DNA of 64,000 bases from NCBI RefSeq assembly GCF_963921235.1, contig NC_086108.1, positions 19,964,001 through 20,028,000 of the forward strand. Reading direction: 5' to 3'. The notes beneath the pieces were generated by a model that saw nothing but the letters and a program-made list of their open reading frames with translations, was not told the DNA's origin and did no database searches. The position numbers and the translations under genes were made by a program. This document shows positions 53,285 to 64,000 of the stretch, piece by piece; position 1 is the first letter of the stretch, and the number at the start of each line of letters is the position of its first letter. Source of the stretch: Mobula hypostoma (lineage: Eukaryota).

Positions 53285-55535
53285 AGTTAAGATGAAGGAA
53301 AAAACATACTTAAGATTTGGGAAGCAAGGATTAGACAGAGCTCTTGAGTGTTAAAAGTAGCCAGGAAAGAACTTCAGAATGGATAGAGCTAGAAGTAGAC
53401 ACAAGGCCTTGGCGAGGAGGATTGAGGAAAGCCCCAAGCTGTTGTACACATATGTGAAGAACAGGAAGCTGATGACAGCAAGATGATGATAAAATAGGAA
53501 AAGTACCTGGATTTGAAGGAGGTAGGGGAGGTCCTCAATGAATACTTTGCTTCAGTATTCACCAGTGAGAGAGACCTTGAAGAATGTGAGGTCAGAATAG
53601 AATAGGCTGACATGCCGGTACAGGTTGCTGTTTTAGAATGATGATGTGCTGGAACTTTTGAAAAGCATTAGGATAGATAAGTCCCCAGGGCCAAACAGGA
53701 AATACCCCAGGATATGGGAAGTGAGGGAAGAGATTGCTGTTCCTTGGGTCTTTACTCCCTCAATGTGCTAGAAGATTGAAATGTGGCAACTGTTATTCCT
53801 TTGTTCAAGATAGATAATAGAGATAACTCTATAAATTATAGACCAATGAGTCTTAATTCAGTGGGGGGGGGGGCAAACTATTGGAGAGGATTCTTGGAGA
53901 TAGGATATACAAGCATTTGGAGCACAGTCTGATTAGGGATAGTCAATATGGCTTTGTGAGGGGAAGATCGTGTCTCATGAGCCTCAATGAATTCTTTGAG
54001 GAAGTGACAAAATGTATCAATAAAGGCAGAGTAGTGGATGGACATTTGACAAGGTTCTCAATGGTCAGCTCATTCAGTGCGTCAGGAGACATAGGGATGC
54101 AGGGACACTTGGCTGTGTGGATTCAGAATTGACTTGACCACAAAAGATCAGTGATGAATTGTATTTAGCAGGGATCTGTTCTAGCGATTTTCTGTTCCTG
54201 TTCTTTGTAACTTTTATAAATGACTTGGACGAGAAAGCAGATTAGTAAGTTTGCACATGAAACAAAAGCTGGTGGTGTAGATAGTGTAGAAGGTAACAAC
54301 GATACCTTCTACAATAGGATACAGAGGTGGGCTGAGGAGCAGCAGATATCGTTCAATACGGAAAAGTCAGTGCGCTACAGCACTGAAACAGGCCCTTTGA
54401 CCCATCTAGTCCATACTAAACTATTATCCTGCCTAGTCCTATCAACCCACACCTGGCCCATAGCTCTCCATACCCTCGCATCCGTGTACTTATCCAAATT
54501 TCTCTAAATGTTAAATCGAACCTGCATTCACCAGTTCCATTGGCAGCTTGTTCCGCACTCTCACCACCCTCTGAGCAAAGAAAATCCCCCCAGGTTCCCC
54601 TTAAATATTTCCTTTCAGACTATGGTCTCATCCAATCTCAGCGGGGAAAAGCTTGCTTGCATTTAGCTCATCTATACTCAATTTTGTATACCTATCAAAT
54701 CTCTCCTCATTCTTCTACACTCCAGAGAATCAAGTCTGAACCTATTCAAACTTTACCTATAACTCAGGTGCTCAAGATCTGGCAACACCCTTATAAATTT
54801 TCTCTGTACTCTTTCAGTGTGAAGTGATTCACTTTGGAAGGCTGAACTTAAAGACAGAATACAGGATTAATGGCATTTAACAGTGTAGAGGAACAGAGGA
54901 ATCTTGAGATTCACATCCATAGATCTCGAAGCTGTCACGCAAGTTGATAGGATGATTAAGAAAGCATATGGTGTGTTGGCCTTCAGTAGTCAGGGGATTG
55001 TTGCAGCTCTATAAAATTCTGGTCCATCCACACTCAGAATATTGAGTTCAGTTCTGGTCACCTCATTATAGGATGGATGCGGAAGCTTTAGAGAGTGCAG
55101 GTTTACCAGGATGATGCCTGGATTAGAGAGCATGAGGATAGGTTGAGTGATTGAAGGCTTTTCTCTTTGGAGAGAAGGAAAATTAAGAGTTAAGTTGATA
55201 GAGATGTACAGGATGATAAGATTGAATGGATAGCCAGAGATTTTTACCCATTGCAGATATGGCTAATACAAAGTCTCAGGAGTATGGAGGGGAAGTGATG
55301 TCAGAGACAGTTGTTTTTGTTTTAGAGATTGGTAGGTGCATGGAATGCACTGCCATGGGTGAAAATAGAGGCAGACACGTAAGGGACATTTAAGAGACTC
55401 TTAGATAGGCACATGAATGAAAGAAAAATGGACTATATGGGAGGGAAGGGTTATATTGATCTTGGAGTAGGTTAAAGGGTTAACAAAACATCATGGACTG
55501 AAGGGTATATGCTGTGCTGTACTGTTCAATGTTAT
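53285..55535 (+). mobile_element. Decayed CR1 with an inverted CR1 3' fragment nested at about 54370-54815
   Basis: RT remnants in ORFs 53881-54132 and 54220 onward; the host resumes at tgtgaagtgattcactttgg. Confidence 0.8.
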
Positions 55536-56112
55536 ATCCCAACTTAGCAAAGGAAGCACCCAAGATGGCTTTTCCAAAAACAGTAAACAATGTTACGCTT
55601 AACCTCCAAACCTGGAATTCCCTTTCTGATTCTACATGAGAACTAGTTGGCAATATAAAAGAAAATATCAGATCAGGCTCTGCAATTGGAGTCCAGTGGC
55701 AGAATGAAGCGCAGGTTAAAATCACAGACCAAGTTTAAATCTGACTTATCTGGAAACATCTACAGTTAACTGGACCAAAACTGTCATAATAATTTGGATA
55801 TCCTTAATGAGATCACACCTCATTATGTCAATAATTTTACAAATCCAATGAACAATTTGTATGTGGTGGAGGACATGCAATTTGAGTCATAAGATAAACC
55901 TGCCCTTGAAGATTTCAAAGTTAATGATAAATCAATTTGATGATTGGCAATTAGAAGAACCTAGGCATAATTTTTTTTCCTGAAGTCATAAGAAATAGAA
56001 GCAGCTTGATTCAGCCACATTTTATAAGAATAAACAAAAAAAAATGCTAACTTTTAAGTTAGCCTAACTCAGAAGAGCTGGTTTGCTGTTGAAAAGTGGT
56101 TTACAACCTAAC

Positions 56113-56358
56113 CTGTATGAAGACTGCCTCGGGATCACTTTCAGTAGCTCGGAGACCAGCAAGCATGGAGAATTTAGCTTTGCTGGCAAGCTCAATTCCC
56201 ACTTCAACTGCCATTCCCTTTTTCTTCTCTGAAGCGATGAACACAGACAACTCATTTGAGTATTTCTTCAGCATGGTGTAAGAGAATCTATACAGGGGTG
56301 TTAGATGATATAGATGCCATTGTTTCTGTAATAATAGTGCAATCTGCTCTGGATTCTC
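56113..56358 (-). CDS. CENPL: CENPL coding exon (ENPEQIALLLQKQWHLYHLTPLYRFSY...DPEAVFIQ)
   Basis: Manual minus-strand translation resembles the CENP-L KQWxLYxLTPLYxFSY segment. ttttccag| acceptor, |gttagg donor, 246 nt, phase 0. Confidence 0.93.
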
Positions 56359-56507
56359 CTGGAAAAAAAAATCAATAAGGCAAAAGTTTTATCTACTATC
56401 CACACAAATACCTGAAATAATACAATATCTGTTGCCAACCTCAGGATAAGACTTTCCAGTCACAACAGTGAATGCTTTAACAGACAGTGATAATGAGTCA
56501 TTTAAGG

Positions 56508-57398
56508 CAGGGGTCTCCAACCTCTTTGGCACCGCGGACCGGTTTAATATTGACGATATTCTTGTGGATCGGCTGACCCGGGGGGTGGGGGAGGGGGGTG
56601 TTAATCTCGACTGGAATATAGGTGATAAATCAGCTATAAGTCACTTATAAGAGGCTAATACACTCAATTTCGTTTCTAAAAGGGTTTATCTAACGAATGT
56701 AATATTAAACACACAGCACATATTTTCCTCACATGAATATAGTGATAAGTCACTTATAAGTCAATGGCATCATAACATTTTAAGTAACGTTTGGATATTA
56801 AGCACACAGCGCATATTTTCCTCGTATGAACATATAAAATCATTGCAACACACCAATATCGTTGAATCAGTGGGAGCCCTGGGCTTGTTTTCCTGCAACA
56901 AAACGGTCCCATCGGTGGGGGGGGGAGGGGTGATGGGAGACAGCGATACTCGAAGGGGGTTCCTTATGTCCAGTCCGCAATTTAGTTTTCATTGCATTCA
57001 TTGAAGAAAACTCCGCTTCACAGTGATACGATGTTGGAAATGGAAGCAATGTTTTCAGTGCTTTCATGGCTATCTCAGGATATTCAGCCTTGATCCAGAA
57101 TGCCGGCAGAGATGTTACGTCAAACATACTTTTCAGCCCACCGTCATTAGCAAGCTCGAGGAGTTGATCTTTTTCCCGCGCTGACATGGATGATTCACCG
57201 GGGACATTCACAAATGGGGCATGGACCCATTCCTTTGCACGTCTTGGGTCATTTGCGTCTTGGGTCACTGATGACCTCGCGTGCGTTCAAGTTCAACAGT
57301 GGGCGTGACAGGGAATGAGGAAAAGTGCAGCTGACTCATATTGTTTCATATCGCCAAATCATATCGTTTCCTCGCGGCTCAGTGGTTGGGAACCACTG
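56508..57398 (-). mobile_element. hAT Charlie/Buster deletion derivative retaining the C-terminal dimerisation-domain coding region
   Basis: caggggtctccaacc...ggttgggaaccactg termini; TSD atttaagg at 56500-56507 and 57399-57406. ORF 56867-57268 contains FW...EYPEIA...LLPFPTSYHCEAEFS. Confidence 0.93.
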
Positions 57399-57824
57399 AT
57401 TTAAGGAATCAGAAACCTTTTATGCCCGATGGGGAGTTCAGAAATGCATTGTTTTGATGCAAACACAATGACTCTAAACACAATTCAAAAGCCTCGAGTA
57501 AATGAATAAAATTACTTTTACAGAATAGATGAATAGCTATTTAAAAATCAATTCATGCTATAACCTGAAAACATACAATTTTATAATATTCCTGTTGACT
57601 ACAAAATCCAACTAGGCCAGTCATTTAAGAAAATATTGTTGAAATTAATTCAAGTAATGGGAAAACATGGAACAGAACCAAAATTAGTCTGCACTGGTTA
57701 TTTTCTAGAATATCAGAGTGCAGTAAACCAAAGATGAAGATGAGCAAAGGTTAAGGAGCCTGAAAAAATTAAAAGAAACAGAGTCCACTTTGAGGGAACA
57801 AGGGAATGAGAATGGTTGGAAATA

Positions 57825-58078
57825 CACTGGACCCGGAAACGGAGCTTTCTGGGTTCGAAACTAGTCAGGTCCGCTCCCAAGGGCGCTTTCCATCCGTGCC
57901 AGGTTGAGTGTCAAGATCGCAACTCAACCTCGTAAAATAAAGGGAAAATACTGTGAAAATGTCTGTGTGAGGAGTGGCGTGTCACGGTCTCTCTCTCTCA
58001 CTCCGCACCTTGTTAAAAAAAAACATGGAAAAGACATCATCACAGACGCGCACGCACTCAGGCACACGCCAAAAAAAA
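57825..58078 (+). mobile_element. Short retroposed element (SINE-like) with A-tail and 17-bp TSD
   Basis: TSD gagaatggttggaaata at 57808-57824 and 58079-58095; B-box-like gggttcgaaac; A8 tail. Confidence 0.85.
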
Positions 58079-58554
58079 GAGAATGGTTGGAAATAACGTC
58101 TACGAGCCAATACGAGTGATGAGAGAGAAGTGTGTATAAATAGACTCTTATCATGTTATAGACCTCTACCAGATTCTCTCCCCCCCTCACCCCCTCCAGC
58201 CATTCCCACCCCACAGAAAACAAAGTTAATATAACTACATTTGTCATCTAATCCAAGCAGCATCCTAGTAAGCATCTTCCGAACCCTTTCCAAAGCCTCC
58301 ACATCCTCCCCGTAATGGGATGACCAGAATTAATTTCACTATTTCAGTTGCAAGCTAACCAGAGTTTTATAAAGCTGTAAAATTAATTTGATTTGAACTC
58401 AACCTCCTTCTGGCATTTCTATTTTCCTCAGAAGTCAATGTCCAAAACTGAACAGGATGTTTAAGTTACCTCTTGAGATTGATCTGAAGATCTATGCACA
58501 ACTTTGGTCCTCTTCTTATTAAAAAAAAATAACTTTAAAAGTAATATACATTTT

Positions 58555-61500
58555 AAAAGGGAGCTTGAAATCAGTCTCTACAGAATGATTTGATGCGGAA
58601 CAAAAATAAGTTTCCTTTTGTTTCTCTTGAACCCCGCCCCCCCAAAAAAAACACAAGCAAATGTTCTACTTGTAATGAAAAATCAAGATTTTCCACTGCT
58701 AGATTCGTTTCAAGTTTAAAGATTTATTATTTTTGCTGAAGGATTTACAATGGCTAATATTCGATTTGGAATCGAATTAAAGAAGTGGCAAAACTCTTCC
58801 TGAAGCTCAACAAACAAAGAAATTAGACGAAGTTTCTACTTCAGAAAGAAGGCTCTCTTTAATAGAAGCTACTAATGAGAAGATTGGTACAGTTGATACC
58901 AAAATCGATAAATTGACGAACGCTAATGAAATGCTTGAAAAAAACCATTCTCGCTGTTCAGGACTCTTTGAAGAATTTGGAAGATCGATATCTGACGCTT
59001 AAGCAGAGCACTCATAAAATTGAAAGAGAACAGGAGTTAATGAGTCAAACTATTAAAGAGCAGGATTTGAAGATGTTACGGAAAAAAAAATTAATGAGAC
59101 TACTTCGGAATTATCAAGAATTAAGAAGAAAACGATTGATCTGGAAAGCAGAAGTCACACGATGAATTTACGTTTACTGGGCTTGCCTGCCTGAAAATAT
59201 GGAAACCGGTGAGCCATTAAAGTTTTTTTCAAACATGTTATATTCACTCTTTAGTGACATTCTCGAAGCCTGTCCGATATTGGACAGAGCCTACCAAATT
59301 CGATGTCTTAAACCTTCAGCTGAAATTAAAGCACGTCCTGTAATTCTGTGTTTGCATTATTTTACAACCAAAGAAGCTATTCTTCGAGATGCAAGGAAAA
59401 GGGATAAGCTAATTTATAATGAAGTTAAGATTCGTATAGTTGAAGATTTTTCTCCAGAGACTTATGCTGAAAGAATTAAATATCGGGAAATTATGGCTGA
59501 ATTTTTAAAAATTAACTGTCGCCCTTCGCTGCGTTATCCGGCTCGTCTGATGATTACGCCATCCAATGCTCGTCTAAAACGGATTAACTCTCCAGAAGAC
59601 GGTTGGAAATTTATAAAGGAGTTTAAGACCGTTTCCTAAGCAATTTGAAAAGTTGATCCTTATTGGGAAGTGGTTTGTAACGGTTTCGATGAAAGACTGC
59701 TCCATATTTTATGAGTGCCTAGACACGGACCTGGTTGACTCACTTAGATCTGTTGTTGTTTGCTTTAATTAATCTAGATTTGGATTTTATACATATAGAT
59801 TTACTTTTTTTTCTTCGATTTGAGCTAATCTTTAGTTGGGAGTTGTTCGTTACGGATTCGATGAAAATCCACTCCAGGTTTTATGAGTGCTTAGATCTGT
59901 TGTTGTTTGCTTGAATAGTTGATGTAGTTTTGAATTTAACATTTATATATTTACTTATTTTTTCTTTGATTTTGTAAGTCTTTAATATTAGTTGTAGCAT
60001 ATTAGTTGGTTGGATCTATTTTTTGAATACATGGTTGCATATTTTAAATGGATTTAAGATGGCCGTTGTTAATTCGGTCTTAACTATTGTTGGACATAAT
60101 ATGAAAATATTTCGAATCTGTTTACTTCTTTATGTATTCTTTGTTGTGTCTCTTTGGTGGTGGTAACATTTTCTTTGTAAGCAGGGGCTGCTATCTGGAG
60201 ACAGGGGTTAAAGGTTATTAGAATAGCATGCCATTCACCTATTGGATGGTTTCTGGGTTTCCGGGGGAGGGAGGTGGGTCTATTAGATTAGCTTTTTGTC
60301 AACTGGGCAATCCTAAGGGTTTTTTTTGTCAATCATTTTGCTTTTCTTTCTGATCGAGTCATGCTTCGCCCTTTTTTCGGATTTAGCTTGTGCCTGCTCA
60401 TTACTTTACTTTATAAAATTTTTAAATTAAACTTTAAATATGGATCTTAATAAAATTAATATAATATCTTGGAATTTAAATGGTATGAACCAACCTATTA
60501 AGCGCAAAAAGATTTTTAAGAAATTAAAAACACTTCATGCAGATATTATTTTTGCGCAGGAGACTCAGATCCGTAGACAGGATGAAAATCGTTTTTTTAA
60601 ATTTTGGAAGGGACCCTTATTTCATTCTTTATCAGTAAATAAAATAAGAAGGGTATCTATCTTTATTAATTCTAAAATCCCTTTTGTTCATTTTAATACT
60701 TTTACGGATTCAATTGGAAGATATTTAATTCTCACTGGTCCATTATGTGGTCAAAAGGTGGCTTTGGTGTGTGTATATGCACCTAATATAGATAACACTG
60801 AATTTTTTTAGAAGCTATTTTCTGTATTGCCGAATTTAAATGAATATAAGTTGATTATGGACGGTGACTTTAACCGCTGTCTCAATCTGTCGATTGACAG
60901 ATCATCCACCAATCCCTCGCTTCTCAATAAAGCTGCAACTTGTATTAATTCTTTTTTATTAGAATACGGTTTGGTGGATATTTGGAGATTTAAACATCCT
61001 AAAGAAAAGGATTTTTCTCCAGATAGCAGCCCCTGCTTACCAAGAAAATGTTACCACCACCAAAGAGACATAACAAAGAATACATAAAGTAAACAGATTC
61101 CAAAAATTTTCATATTATGTTTAAGACCGAATTAACGACAGCCATCTTAAATCCATTTAAAATTTTTTCTTTTTTTCACATGTATGCCATAAATATTCAA
61201 GAATTGTTTATTTTTTGCTGGACATCCGATTGGTACCCTCTGTTGCTGAGTGTATGTATGATGTGATTGCATTGTTGGATCATGCACCTATAAAACTAAC
61301 TTTGAAGTTTTCTGATAATATTCAGACTCCTCAGTGGAGACTTAATGTTTCATTGTTACAAGATTCAACATTTGTAAATTTTATTAAAGAGCAAATTTCT
61401 CTATTTTTAAAAATTAAATACAACTGAGAGAATGTCAAATTTGGTTATTTGGGATTCGATGAAAGCTTTTCTTAGGGGACAGATAATTTCATACTCAGTA

Positions 61501-61835
61501 GGTTTAAGAAAGAAAACTAAGGCGGAACTTTAACTAATTACTAATAGAATTAAAGAAATAGATCAAGTTTATTCAGTAATGCCTAGTGAAGATCTCTTTA
61601 AGGAAAGAGTGGAACTCTAAACACAGCATGACTTGCTTTTGACTTTTCCCATTGAACAGCAACTTCTTAAATCCAAAAGCCAATTTTATATACATGGAGA
61701 CAAGTCAGGCAAATTATTAGCTGGTCAGTTAAAAGCAAATATAGCTAGAAGATAGATCCTGAAAATATGAAGACCTGATAGAACTGAAACGGTAGATCCT
61801 TATGAAATTAATAAGATATTTATGGATTTCCACTC
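58555..61835 (+). mobile_element. L1-clade LINE 5' part (ORF1, long inter-ORF region, ORF2 endonuclease), decayed and interrupted by CR1
   Basis: ORF1 remnants 58926-59639 (coiled coil; RIVEDFS, LRYPARL). ORF2 APE endonuclease from 60440 (SWNLNG, QET, YAPN, GDFN). Left boundary is approximate. Confidence 0.88.
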
Positions 61836-62115
61836 CATTTTTCTCGGCGGTTGATCAGGGCAGGACTGAGCAATTGCGTGCAAGTCAGTCCGTGAGTCAA
61901 CGGGAGTATTTAAAAAAGAGCAGTTTGACGGAGCAGGCGACGGAGTAGAGGGAGACAGAGTAGGAAGGCTTTGGCTCAAAAGGCTTCGGCGAGCAGAGGC
62001 TGAGGACGAGCAAGTGAGGTAGGGCTGGGTAAGTTCCTTTAAAAGGAGAACTGTCTGCAGTGGTATTTTATTTGAAGCAAGGAAGGCGGCGAGTCTGTAG
62101 TGTATTGGGTAGGTC

Positions 62116-63063
62116 ATGACAGCTGAGATCTGCCCCGTAGTTTGTTCCTCCTGCAGCATGTGGGAAATCAGGGATACTTCCAGTGTCCCTGACGACAATG
62201 TGTGCAGAAAATGTGTCCAGCTGCAGCTTCTGGCAGACTGCATTGAACAGCTGGAGCTGCAATTGGATTCATACTGGAGCATCCGCGATGCTGAGAAAGT
62301 TGTGAATAGCACGTTCAGTGAGTTGGCCACACCGCAGGTAAAGGCTACCCAGGCAGAAAGGAAATGGGTGGCCACTAGACAGCATAGCAGTAGGCAGGTA
62401 GTGCAGGAGTCCCCTGAGGTCATCTCCCTCCTAAACAGATATACTGTTTTGGAAACTGTTGGGGGAGATGTCTCATCAGGGGAAGGCAGCAGCAACCGAG
62501 TTCATGGCACCATGGGTGGCTCTGCAGCACAGGAGGGAAGGAAAAGGAGTGGGAGAGCTATAGTGATAGGGGATTCGATTGTAAGGGGAATAGATAGGTG
62601 TTTCTGCGGCCACAAACGAGACTCCAGGAGGGTATGTTGCCTCCCTGGTGCAAGGGTCAAGGATGTCTCTGAGCGGCTGCAGGACATTCTGGAGTGGGAG
62701 GGTGAACAGCCAGTGGTCGTGGTGCACCTAGGTACCAATGATATAGGTAAAAAATGGGATGAGGTCCTACAAGGTGAGTTTAGGGAGTTAGGAGATAAAC
62801 TAAAAAGTAGGACCACAAAGGTAATAATCTCTGGATTACTACCAGTGCCACGTGCTAGTCAGAGTAGAAATAGGAGGATATTTCAGATGAATATGTGGCT
62901 TTAAATATGGTGCAAGGGGGAGGGATTCAAATTTCTGGGGCATTGGAACCAGTTCTGGAGGAGGTGGGACCGGTACAAACAGGACAGTCTGCACCTGGGC
63001 TGGACTGGAACCAATGTCCTAGGGGGAGCGTTTGCTACTGTTGCTCAGGAGGATTTAAACTAA
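62116..63063 (+). pseudogene. CR1 ORF1: C4 zinc finger, leucine zipper and SGNH esterase, with one premature stop at 62902
   Basis: CSSC...CRKC, GDSI and GTND motifs. The frame continues past the stop through DSLHL to TAA at 63061-63063. Confidence 0.9.
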
Positions 63064-64000
63064 TGTGGCAGGGGGATGGGAACAAGTGCAGAGAGACAGA
63101 GGGGTGTAAAATGAGGGTAGAAGCAAAAAGTAGTAAGGTGAAAAGTAAAAGTGGCAGGCTTGCAAATCCAGGGCAAAAATCAAAAAGGGCCACTTTTCAA
63201 CATAATTGTATAAGGGCTAAGAGTGTTGTAAAAGCAAGCCTGAAGGCTTTGTGTGTCAATGCAAGGAGCATTTGTAACAAGGTGGATGAATTGAATGTGC
63301 AGATAGTTATTAATGAATATGATATAGTTGGGATCACAGAGACATGGCTCCAGGGTGACCAAGGATGGGAGCTCAACATTCAGGGATATTCAATATTCAG
63401 GAGGGATAGACTTGAAAGTAAAGGAGGTGGGGTGGCATTGCTGGTTACAGAGGAGATTAACGCAATAGAAAGGAAGGACATTAGCCGGGAGGATGTGGAA
63501 TCGATATGGGTAGAGCTGCATAACACTAAGGGGCAGAAAACGCTGGTGGGAGTTGTGTACAGGCCACCTAACAGTAGTAGTGAGGTTGGGAATGGCATTA
63601 AACAGGAAATTAGAAATGCATGCAATAAAGGAACAGCAGTTAAAATGGGTGACTTCAATCTACATATAGATTGGGTGAACCAAATTGGTAAGGGTGCTGA
63701 GGAAGAGGATTTCTTGGAATGTATGCGGGATAGTTTTCTGAACCAACATGTTGAAGAACCAACTAGAGAACAGGCCATTATGGACTGGGTATTGAGCAAT
63801 GAGGAAGGGTTAGTTAGCAATCTTGTCGTGCGAGGCCCCTTGGGTAAGAGTGACCATAATATGGTGCAATTATTCATTAAGATGGAGAGTGATATAGTTA
63901 ATTCAGAAACAAAGGTTCTGAACTTAAAGAAGAGTAACTTTGAAGGTATGAGATGTGAATTAGCTAAGATAGACTGGCAAATGATACTTAAAGGGGTGAC
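63063..64000 (+). CDS. CR1 ORF2 N-terminus (APE endonuclease), open to the window end
   Basis: Manual translation has no stops: NARSI, ITETW, GGGVALL, YRPP, GDFN, SDH. It is in the -1 frame relative to ORF1. Confidence 0.88.
   Translation, partial: MWQGDGNKCRETEGCKMRVEAKSSKVKSKSGRLANPGQKSKRATFQHNCIRAKSVVKASLKALCVNARSICNKVDELNVQIVINEYDIVGITETWLQGDQGWELNIQGYSIFRRDRLESKGGGVALLVTEEINAIERKDISREDVESIWVELHNTKGQKTLVGVVYRPPNSSSEVGNGIKQEIRNACNKGTAVKMGDFNLHIDWVNQIGKGAEEEDFLECMRDSFLNQHVEEPTREQAIMDWVLSNEEGLVSNLVVRGPLGKSDHNMVQLFIKMESDIVNSETKVLNLKKSNFEGMRCELAKIDWQMILKGV

Larger units (their letters stand above)
61836..64000 (+). mobile_element. Young CR1 LINE with intact 5' region, running off the window
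   Basis: 5' UTR block gggagacagagtaggaaggctttggctcaa is shared with the 43773 copy; ORF1 and an open ORF2 follow. Confidence 0.93.

Noticed and set aside
56867..57268. Domesticated Buster/ZBED-type host gene
   Set aside because: It is only a C-terminal fragment inside an element with TIRs and an 8-bp TSD.
57825..58078. CpG-rich patch as CENPL promoter or first exon
   Set aside because: It is bounded by a 17-bp TSD and an A-tail, so it is a retroposed insert; no CENP-L N-terminal coding sequence was found.

Overview
Repeat-rich vertebrate genomic DNA, most likely from a cartilaginous fish (ray/shark; inferred from the repeat types). It holds two convergent host genes. On + are the last eight coding exons of KLHL20 (8893-33610; end of BACK domain plus six Kelch repeats). 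On - are the last three coding exons of CENPL (56358-41167); the first CENPL coding exon was not found and presumably lies beyond 64000. The rest is mostly mobile DNA: many CR1 LINEs (several young, one near full length), two L1-clade LINEs each carrying a nested CR1, Tc1/Tigger and hAT DNA transposons (some nested), tRNA-derived SINEs and Penelope-like terminal repeats. The most notable signals are: (i) an in-phase U_UUA_AAC slippery heptamer plus stop codon at the CR1 ORF1/ORF2 junctions, with ORF2 in the -1 frame; (ii) an intact minimal hammerhead ribozyme in CENPL-sense orientation inside a CENPL intron; (iii) a chimeric Penelope-terminus/CR1 insertion; and (iv) several fold-back or inverted junctions at retroelement insertions. 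All family assignments are by eye from motifs, and no database search was run.
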